Source: a virus (taxonomy: Duplodnaviria > Caudoviricetes). Taken from it: a stretch of DNA of 64,000 bases. The position numbers and the translations under genes are program-made. The stretch covers positions 2,688 to 66,687 of IMG/VR virus record IMGVR_UViG_3300020045_010129. The stretch is one strand, 5' to 3'. Of this stretch, positions 55,573-63,107 are shown piece by piece. The stretch's first letter is position 1. Each line of letters begins with the position of its first letter. Below the pieces are notes generated by a model that saw only the letters and a list, made by a program, of their open reading frames with translations, was not told the DNA's origin and made no database searches.

Positions 55573-56763
55573 GTTTTCTTCGTTTAAAATAGAAAAAACT
55601 TTACTTATTTCTTTTGACCGCCTTTTTATTGTAGCTATCCCGAAGCCTGTTTCTTTTGCTATCTTCGATTGTGAAATCTTACCTAGCGAATTAAAATCCC
55701 AATTTTCTACACAATTTATTATTATACCTGTATTTTTAATTGCTTCTACAGCGCGTATCTGTTTTATCGCCATAGATTGTTTGTCAAATTTTGTTAAAGT
55801 ATAATCAGGATTAAATAGTATGCGTTTTGTTTTGTTTAAAATAACCATAGGATTTTCTTTTGCGTGTACTTTTCTAACAATTTCAGATAACTCATTTATA
55901 CTTAATTCAGGTTTAAATTTATCCTTATTAATAGTACTGCAAATTCTAAACAACATACTTTCAGATATCCAAGTATTTAATCCGCGAATTTGACTGCAAA
56001 GAACAAACATAGATTTATTTCTATTACCGTCAAAAATATTCTTAGGTACAAAGACTTCCGCATATTCTAATTTATCTTCACCTAGGTCAATAAAAGGTTC
56101 TCCGTCGAAGTTATAGGTTTTAACTAAATCCTTCAAATTTGAAAATCTAATATTCTCAACACCTTTTTCAGTATCATTTAGTTGCAACCTATTAGAGAAG
56201 CTATTAATGTAACTTAATGATACCATTTTATCTTCATTAAATGTATAAGAAGTGTATTTAGGATTAAAATAGATATCCTTATCATACCCTAATACATTTA
56301 ATCTGTCTTTAGATACAGCATTTTTATCTAATTGAATATTAAATAAATCTGATAATTCCTGTAAATTTTTCTGTAAATTACTTGTACTTTCACATTTTAT
56401 TAAAATTCCATATCCATTATTAGATAGTGATTTCCAATAAGCGACAACAAAAGAATGCTTCGCTATATCAATGTAAGCTATATTATCTATGTCTAGATAC
56501 ATAAAACCTGTACTTTTAACTACATTTTCATTAATCACGTAATTATTAAATGTGTTTAGGAATGTTATGCACGGCAGAGAGTTCTTAATACTTTTATAAA
56601 GTGGGTCATCTTTTTTTAATGTAGATTCCTCATAAGTTTTTCTGGCTAAATCTACCTGAGATTTTCTTACAAAATCAGGATTTTTCATTGTGTGTATATA
56701 TTCCTCCAAAGTTAAGGAGGTTATAATACTTCTGTTAAACACGTTAGATACAATTTGGAACAT
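55555..56763 (-). CDS. BT4734/VirE_N-type primase-polymerase-like protein with PriCT-like and HTH C-terminus
   Basis: KNSLPCITF, TGFMYLDID, WKSLSNNG, DRLNVLGYDKDIYFNP; GNRNKSMF; SQSKIAKETGFGIATIKR. Confidence 0.65.
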   Translation of the reverse strand: MFQIVSNVFNRSIITSLTLEEYIHTMKNPDFVRKSQVDLARKTYEESTLKKDDPLYKSIKNSLPCITFLNTFNNYVINENVVKSTGFMYLDIDNIAYIDIAKHSFVVAYWKSLSNNGYGILIKCESTSNLQKNLQELSDLFNIQLDKNAVSKDRLNVLGYDKDIYFNPKYTSYTFNEDKMVSLSYINSFSNRLQLNDTEKGVENIRFSNLKDLVKTYNFDGEPFIDLGEDKLEYAEVFVPKNIFDGNRNKSMFVLCSQIRGLNTWISESMLFRICSTINKDKFKPELSINELSEIVRKVHAKENPMVILNKTKRILFNPDYTLTKFDKQSMAIKQIRAVEAIKNTGIIINCVENWDFNSLGKISQSKIAKETGFGIATIKRRSKEISKVFSILNEENLHSSK

Positions 56764-57081
56764 AAATAAAATGAAAAATCCTCAACGAAAAAAGCTTAAA
56801 GTAGGAGGAGCTTAATCCGAGAGGAAATTGTTTTAAGTATTTTTATAGTACGCCTCCTACAGCATAAATAATTTTAGATATAAACTGTTAAAATTTCCGC
56901 AAAAAGAAATAAAAACAGAAGAAAAAATAAAGTAACGATTTAATGCTCCTAATAAGAATGCCTTTAAATAACATTCAGAAACCTCAATCTAACGCCCTCT
57001 CACGCTTTACTTCTTAAAAACACCCTGAAACCTACTAATGCTATTACGGCAAGGCTACTTCAGGACTTATGTTTTACAAAG

Positions 57082-57112
57082 CAAATATACAACATTAAAT
57101 TCAATTGTGCAA
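57082..57112 (-). promoter_or_regulatory. Host-type promoter
   Basis: TTG-N20-TATATTTG. Confidence 0.7.
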
Positions 57113-57154
57113 GTTACTTATTTTCTTTTTGCGAAATTATTTTATTTGTAAGAG

Positions 57155-57466
57155 CTATTCTCTATTAAAGTCCTCCTCCACACCCTCATCAAACACTTCA
57201 GGCTGAAAAAGAAATAAATTATAAAAAAATATTTTCAAATTCTCTGCATAAACTAATTCAGAAACATTCTTAGCTTTATATTTGCGCCAAATAGAGAAAG
57301 TAACAGCTTTTATAAACTCACTATTGTCTTGTCTATAATTAAAAGAAACGTCTGTGAATGATATATATTCGTTCCATATTCTGTGGTAAAAGTCGTCATA
57401 ATTCAGCATTATTGTTGGTTTTTTAAATTCTACGACAAATATAAAAAATAAATTTGGATAATACAA
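57155..57466 (-). CDS. Hypothetical protein; last gene of the leftward block
   Basis: ORF track; a TATATTTG box lies at 57437-57444, so the true start may be the internal Met (MLNYDD). Confidence 0.5.
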   Translation of the reverse strand: MYYPNLFFIFVVEFKKPTIMLNYDDFYHRIWNEYISFTDVSFNYRQDNSEFIKAVTFSIWRKYKAKNVSELVYAENLKIFFYNLFLFQPEVFDEGVEEDFNRE

Positions 57467-57592
57467 ATAACTTATTATTCGTGCGTGTTATAATGAATTA
57501 ATTTTTAAATACACGAAATAATATGTTAATCTTTTCTTAAAAAGTGTACAACCTATTGTATTATTTTATATCTTCGCCGTATAGATTATAAA

Positions 57593-58039
57593 ATGGAGGA
57601 ATTAGAGAAAGAAATCATAGCTTTGAAGAAGAAATTAGAGGACTATAAAAAACCTCTAAACACTTTCTATATTGTTTCGCCCGCAAAAAATAAAATAGAC
57701 AAAGTAAATAAATTTCTAGCGGTATATTCAGAAGTAACAGATAACAAACTTCTTCCAATAGATAAGAAAGTATTAGCTTATTATATTGTAAAAGGACTGA
57801 CAGATGAAACTTTAGAAATGGTTTTAGAAGATGACCCCACGTACAACCCAAACAGCACAAAAGAAAAGAAGCCATTCACAAGAAATCATTTACACGGCAT
57901 AAATAAAAGACTGAAAGATAAAGGCTACTTAAAAGGAAGTTTAACAAATGAAAGAAAGTTTTCTTTAAGTGCAGAAATGGAATTACTACAAAAGAAAATA
58001 AACGTAGACCAATGCAAAGGAATAATAATACAACTGTAA
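57593..58039 (+). CDS. Hypothetical, possibly winged-helix DNA-binding protein; first gene of the rightward block
   Basis: HLHGINKRLKDKGYL helix-wing-like pattern. Confidence 0.45.
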   Translation: MEELEKEIIALKKKLEDYKKPLNTFYIVSPAKNKIDKVNKFLAVYSEVTDNKLLPIDKKVLAYYIVKGLTDETLEMVLEDDPTYNPNSTKEKKPFTRNHLHGINKRLKDKGYLKGSLTNERKFSLSAEMELLQKKINVDQCKGIIIQL

Positions 58040-58476
58040 AAAAGTTAAGTTATATTGAAGACGTATTAAAAGAAGCTCTAAGAAAAAGTGATTTTAAAAC
58101 AGATAAATGTTTAAATTATGACAGAGCTTTAGAAGCTGTAAAGATAATGTTTGATTACATAGCTTTTGAAACAAAACAAGAAGATGTTTATGCGGTTGAG
58201 TTACCTAGATTAGGTACGTTGTACAAAAGTGTAAGGCTTCTAAAAAACTTTCCTCGCGACGAAGAAGGAAAAATAGAAAATCAAATTAAAACTCTACAAT
58301 ATTTCACAGACGAGAACGGAATAAGTAGTTATCACAATAAAGTCCCCTATGCTTGGACGTATCACAGATATATAAACAAACACTTTGAAATAAATAAATT
58401 AACAAGAATGATGCCTAAGATAAACTTAGATGTTATTGCGGCGACAGAACAATTACAAAATAACAAAAACAGATAA
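58012..58476 (+). CDS. HU/IHF-like DNA-binding protein
   Basis: ALEAVKIMFDYIAFE...AVELPRLGTLY resembles HU helix 2 and the V.L.GFG.F strand. Confidence 0.45.
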   Translation: MQRNNNTTVKKLSYIEDVLKEALRKSDFKTDKCLNYDRALEAVKIMFDYIAFETKQEDVYAVELPRLGTLYKSVRLLKNFPRDEEGKIENQIKTLQYFTDENGISSYHNKVPYAWTYHRYINKHFEINKLTRMMPKINLDVIAATEQLQNNKNR

Positions 58477-58483
58477 AACAGAT

Positions 58484-60115
58484 TTGGAAAATACAACAAT
58501 TTTAGGAAAAGAAGCAAGACAAATTATTAAGAACGGAGTAGACTTAGTTGCAAATGCGGTTAAGGTAACTTATGGAGCAAAAGGAATGAATGTTATCTGC
58601 CTAAGAGATATGATGATGCCCGTAGTTACTAAAGATGGTGTCAGCGTCGCAAAAGAAGTTAATGGACGTGACCCTATTACAAATGCAGGAGCAAGTATGG
58701 TAAAACAAGTTGCTAGTGCTACAAATGATTTAGCAGGAGACGGGACAACTGGTTCTGTCGTATTAGCACAAGCAATTGTACAAGAAGCTGATAATTATTT
58801 AAATGACGGCGCAAATGCAATTTCTCTACAAAGAGGTTTACTGAAAGGATTAGACTTTTCTATAAAACATATTAAAAAACTTTCTAGTAAATCATCAAGT
58901 AAAAAAGTCCTAAAAGCTATTGCAAGTATTTCAAGTAATGGCGATAAAGAAATTACAAGTTTAGTTGTAGAGGCTATTTCAAAAGTCGGCAAAAACGGCA
59001 CAATAAAAGTAGAAAAAACAGAAAAATTAGAATCATTTGTAAGTGTATCAGAAGGGTATGAAATTGAAACTCCATTTGTAGACCCAAAATTCATAACAGA
59101 TGATAGAAAGTATTTATCCGAGCTTAACGATGTAAATGTTTTAGTGTATGACGGAAGAATAAATAGTATCTCAGAATTAAATGTGGCTGTAAATTTATCA
59201 AGTACAGAAGGAACAGAAGATAAAGAATCAGTGTTTGAAGGATTATTAGTTATCTGTAATTCAGTAGACCCTAAAGTACAATTAGAAATTTCAGAATTCC
59301 ACAGAAGAGGTTTTGAATTTATGAATATCAATTCTCCAAGTTTCGGCGGAAGAAGAAGCGAAACACTAAAAGATATTGCAACAATTGTAGGAGCTAAATA
59401 TCTAAGCCAAGATTCAGGAGATAAACTAGAAAACATCACAGCAGAGGATTTAGGACACGTTTTAAAAGTTGAAGCAGACGCTAACAAGACAGTTTTAATT
59501 GGCGGAAAAGGGGATAAAACAGAAATAGAAAAAAGAACAGCAACAGCAACAGAACAGTTTAAAAATGTTGTAGGTGGAAAGAAAGAAAAAGATTTCGTAA
59601 GAGACAGACTTTCTAAACTTAAAAACGGAATTGCTGTAATTAATGTTGGAGGATTCTCAGATGTAGAGAAAAGAGAGAAGGAAGATAGAATAGAAGATGC
59701 ATTATGTGCTATTAGAGCCACTCTAGAAGAAGGTTTTGTAGCAGGTGAAGGTGTAACATACATTAACGTATCTCAAGCTCTTAAATCGGCGGGAATAGAA
59801 GTTAGAAACAAAGATGAGCAAGAAGGGATAGATGTTTTAATTAAAGCACTTTCAGCCCCATTCAAACAAATCTTGACTAATGCAGGAATTGAACCTGAAG
59901 TACACGCAGAAGTTATAGCTAAAGAAGAATATGGAATGGGTATTGATTTAGATACAGAAGAAAATATTAATTTGTTTGGACATAATATCATAGACCCCGC
60001 AAAAGTTTCAAGAATGGCATTACAAAATGCAGTTTCAATTTCAAGTACATTCTTATCAACAGGAGCAATAACTTATAATGAGCAATCATTATTTGAAACC
60101 CCCGTAAAATTATAA
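58484..60115 (+). CDS. groL: GroEL-type chaperonin
   Basis: VKVTYGAKGMNV, TKDGVSVAKE, AGDGTTGS, DRLSKLKNGIAVI, EKEDRIEDALCA, IIDPAKV. Start moved to TTG 58484, just after the upstream stop. Confidence 0.95.
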   Translation: MENTTILGKEARQIIKNGVDLVANAVKVTYGAKGMNVICLRDMMMPVVTKDGVSVAKEVNGRDPITNAGASMVKQVASATNDLAGDGTTGSVVLAQAIVQEADNYLNDGANAISLQRGLLKGLDFSIKHIKKLSSKSSSKKVLKAIASISSNGDKEITSLVVEAISKVGKNGTIKVEKTEKLESFVSVSEGYEIETPFVDPKFITDDRKYLSELNDVNVLVYDGRINSISELNVAVNLSSTEGTEDKESVFEGLLVICNSVDPKVQLEISEFHRRGFEFMNINSPSFGGRRSETLKDIATIVGAKYLSQDSGDKLENITAEDLGHVLKVEADANKTVLIGGKGDKTEIEKRTATATEQFKNVVGGKKEKDFVRDRLSKLKNGIAVINVGGFSDVEKREKEDRIEDALCAIRATLEEGFVAGEGVTYINVSQALKSAGIEVRNKDEQEGIDVLIKALSAPFKQILTNAGIEPEVHAEVIAKEEYGMGIDLDTEENINLFGHNIIDPAKVSRMALQNAVSISSTFLSTGAITYNEQSLFETPVKL

Positions 60116-60117
60116 AA

Positions 60118-60441
60118 ATGAACAAGTTTCTAAAATGGTCAACGTGGCGAAGTATAATCCAATCGAGGACAACGGATTATAAAAACAGCAAAACAGATTG
60201 GTGTAAAGAGCGAAGAGCAATATGTAAAGACTGCAATCACAATTCGGTACATTATCCAACCAAAACAATAAAAGAATACTTACTGAGGTTAATAAATTTG
60301 GGTAACTACTGTTTGTGTTGTTGGTGTGGAATCCGACAGAAGACCAGAAATGCTTACAGTACTTGCGGACTAGTAGAAATTAACGAACCACCAAAATGGG
60401 AAAGAATAAACTTAAATACAAAATATCAAAATGCTAATTAA
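60118..60441 (+). CDS. Cys-rich hypothetical protein
   Basis: RRAICKDC, CLCCWCG, TCG motifs. Confidence 0.6.
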   Translation: MNKFLKWSTWRSIIQSRTTDYKNSKTDWCKERRAICKDCNHNSVHYPTKTIKEYLLRLINLGNYCLCCWCGIRQKTRNAYSTCGLVEINEPPKWERINLNTKYQNAN

Positions 60442-60757
60442 CAAATCAACAAATCAAGAACTAGATAAAACGGGAAATATTTATCAATATGATTTCGGCG
60501 CAAGAAAACAAAATACAAGAGTTGCTGTAACTTTGCAAGTTAAGGGAAATAACATCAGTAAACTAACCTCAACAGCCGATTGTAGCTGTACAAGCACAAC
60601 GCCAAACATTATAGATAAAGACACAATAGAGATAGATATCATTTATAAATCATCTCACGTAATACATAACATAAAGAGAGAAATCTTTATAAACTATTCA
60701 GAGAACGGTGAAAACAAACTAGAAACAATAAAAATAACAGGTCAAATTACAAAATAA
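60431..60757 (+). CDS. DUF1573-like Ig-fold protein
   Basis: YDFG ... STADCSCTST motif typical of the Bacteroidota DUF1573 family. Confidence 0.55.
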   Translation: MLINKSTNQELDKTGNIYQYDFGARKQNTRVAVTLQVKGNNISKLTSTADCSCTSTTPNIIDKDTIEIDIIYKSSHVIHNIKREIFINYSENGENKLETIKITGQITK

Positions 60758-60758
60758 C

Positions 60759-61521
60759 ATGAATTACTTGCAAGAAACATTAAGAGCGATGCAGGAAATC
60801 GCAAAACAAAATCCAGAGTTAACTTTTGGAGATTTAGTACAAACCTGTTTTCAAAGTTTGGCGGTAGAAAATAAACAATCATTAAACTTCCTAAGAAACA
60901 AAACAGATGAAGATATTTATACAATTGTAGAAAATGTAAGAGTGGTAAAAGAAAATCCTGTTACAGAGGAGGAATTAGAAATTTGGATAAACGGAAAATA
61001 AGATGGACAGTAACAAATTCTACGACATAGTAGTCAACAAATATAAGGAATATGAACAGTATAATAAATTCCTGCAAGAAAAACAAGAAGAACTTCTAGA
61101 GAAAAGAAAAGAAAACGCAAGACCTTTAGAACAGATGCTAAAAGACGGACAAATTCCCGACGACGCATTAATAAAAAATATCAGTGATAACATTTACGAT
61201 TATCAAGCAGAAGAAGTACTACATAAACAAGATTGCAGTTCTCTATTCTACAGTTTATATTTAAATGTAAAAACTTATTTAGAGCTCGGCGAAGGAATGA
61301 TATTACCAAAAGAGATTACGGAACTTTGCACAAGTTTAGAACACACAATTCCAAAACCATATTTTGTAGTAGAACTTGAAAAGGATAAATTGGTCGCTAA
61401 AGAAATAGAAACAGGAAGAGCTGATAAACAGAGGGCGTACTTTAAAGGGTCAGAAGTCCAAAACATTAGAAACCAAATCCTCCAAACACTTAACGCAGAA
61501 TTAGAAAAGAATAAGGAGTAA
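60759..61521 (+). other. Two hypothetical CDSs (60759..61001 and 61003..61521)
   Basis: ORF track; abutting and co-oriented. Confidence 0.7.
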
Positions 61522-61533
61522 AAAACAAAGAAC

Positions 61534-61568
61534 AATCCACCATGTAGTATTTATGTGGTGGATTTTTA
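61534..61568 (+). terminator. Intrinsic terminator
   Basis: AATCCACCA / TGGTGGATT 9-bp stem followed by a T-run. Confidence 0.75.
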
Positions 61569-61596
61569 ATTTAAACTATTTTAAAAATAAGTAATT

Positions 61597-61626
61597 TTGA
61601 AATAAGGTAATAATGTAGTATATTTG
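61597..61626 (+). promoter_or_regulatory. Host-type promoter
   Basis: TTG-N19-TATATTTG. Confidence 0.75.
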
Positions 61627-61646
61627 CAATATAAAATTAAATACAA

Positions 61647-61781
61647 ATGATAAAAGATAAGGATATATTAATACGGGTAGATGAAGAAATAAAAAAGCTA
61701 TCTAAGCAAAAGGCAGAGTCATTAGGTCTGTCATTATCGTCTTGGGTCAGAACTTTAATAATAAAAGATTTAAAGAAGTAA
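61647..61781 (+). CDS. 44-aa ribbon-helix-helix-like protein (below the ORF-track cutoff)
   Basis: MIKDKDILIRVDEEIKKLSKQKAESLGLSLSSWVRTLIIKDLKK: beta strand I.IRV plus two helices ending S.WVR.LI. Confidence 0.7.
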   Translation: MIKDKDILIRVDEEIKKLSKQKAESLGLSLSSWVRTLIIKDLKK

Positions 61782-61784
61782 ACA

Positions 61785-63107
61785 ATGCCAAAAAAATTAA
61801 CAACAGAGGGATTTAATGAAAAAGCTAATCTAGTGCATAATAATAGATATGACTATAGTCTAGTTGATTATAAAGATAGTCGCACAGATGTTATAATAAT
61901 ATGTAAAAAACACGGAGAATTTCAACAAAGACCTGCTAATCATTTAAATGGAGCTAATTGTATACATTGTGGGAGAGAGGAAAATACAAAACATAAATTA
62001 AGAACAAAAGAAGAGTTCGTAAAAAGTTGCGAAGAAAAACATGGAAATATCTATGATTATACTGAAACAGTTTATACAAATTGTAAAAATAAGATAAAAA
62101 TCAGATGTAAAACTCATGGCATATTTGAATTAATAGCTGACAACCATCAAAGAAAAGATGGCTGCCCTACTTGTAGTAAAGAGAAATATATAAATAAATA
62201 TGCAATCTCATTTGTTGAGAAATCAAAACTACTCCATGATAATATTTTTGATTACTCATTAGTAAATTATATTGATAATAAAACTAAAGTGGATATAATT
62301 TGCCCAACACACGGAGTCTTTGAACAATTACCATTGTGCCATTTACAAGGAAATGGGTGCAATAAGTGTAATTTAGAAAAAAGAAAGGATAATGGTATCA
62401 ACACTAATAGTTTTATAGAAAGTGCAAATATTGTGCATAATGAAGAGTACATATATACAGACACTCATTATATTAATGAAAATAGCAAAGTAGTTATTAG
62501 ATGTAAAGAACATGGAATATTTGAAAAATTACCCTATAGACACCTTAATGGGCAGGGTTGTCCAAAATGCTCTTCACTAAAAACAGGATTAAAAATAAGA
62601 AGTAACACGGATAAATTCATAAAAACAGCTACGACAATACATGGAGATAGATATAATTATTCCTCAACTAAATATGTACACAGTAGACAGGAGATAGAAA
62701 TAGGTTGCAGAATACATGGCACTTTTCAGCAAACTCCAACAAACCATATAAAAGGCTCAGGCTGTCAAAAATGCGCAAAATTAATCAATGTGTATAAAAG
62801 AGAGGACTACGTCAAACTTGCAAAAACGGCAACTTTGTATTTAGTTATGTTGGAATATAATGGAGAAAAATTTTATAAGATAGGTAAGACAAAAAATACA
62901 ACGCATGAGAGATTATCTAATAATATTTCAATGTATAAGTATTATGTTATTAGTGAGTATGTAGCTGATTCAGGGGTTATTTTTGACTTAGAAATAGAAT
63001 TACATAATAAATATTTTGAACATAAGTATAAACCAAACACTCCGTTTGCGGGGCATACAGAATGTTATAGTCTAGATTTACCAATTGATGAAATACTTAA
63101 TCTATGA
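61785..63107 (+). CDS. Homing-endonuclease-like protein with five Cys/His zinc repeats and a GIY-YIG-like C-terminus
   Basis: Repeats C..HG.F......H..G.GC..C; C-terminal LYLV...FYKIGKT...E..LH...GHTECY. Confidence 0.75.
   Translation: MPKKLTTEGFNEKANLVHNNRYDYSLVDYKDSRTDVIIICKKHGEFQQRPANHLNGANCIHCGREENTKHKLRTKEEFVKSCEEKHGNIYDYTETVYTNCKNKIKIRCKTHGIFELIADNHQRKDGCPTCSKEKYINKYAISFVEKSKLLHDNIFDYSLVNYIDNKTKVDIICPTHGVFEQLPLCHLQGNGCNKCNLEKRKDNGINTNSFIESANIVHNEEYIYTDTHYINENSKVVIRCKEHGIFEKLPYRHLNGQGCPKCSSLKTGLKIRSNTDKFIKTATTIHGDRYNYSSTKYVHSRQEIEIGCRIHGTFQQTPTNHIKGSGCQKCAKLINVYKREDYVKLAKTATLYLVMLEYNGEKFYKIGKTKNTTHERLSNNISMYKYYVISEYVADSGVIFDLEIELHNKYFEHKYKPNTPFAGHTECYSLDLPIDEILNL

Larger units (their letters stand above)
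614..60510. repeat. Dispersed degenerate ~40-bp palindromic element (CTG-T-rich arm / CG core / A-rich arm-CAG)
   Basis: Dozens of copies read by eye, e.g. 3872-3914 ctgtttatttttcatttttcgccgcaaaaaacaaaaaagacag; see the finding for more coordinates. Confidence 0.75.

Noticed and set aside
307-57875. Plus-strand ORFs left of 57.5 kb (e.g. 307, 3952, 16136, 40750, 51105) and minus-strand ORFs at 57615, 58795, 59773, 62267 and 63783
   Set aside because: They are antisense shadows of well-supported genes or RNAs, with low-complexity F/S/L-rich translations.
58430-58483. N-terminal extension of GroEL in the ORF track
   Set aside because: It overlaps the upstream gene; homology starts near TTG 58484.
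614-60510. Integron attC cassette array as the explanation of the dispersed palindrome
   Set aside because: No RYYYAAC/GTTRRRY boxes, many copies lie inside ORFs, and no tyrosine integrase is in the window.
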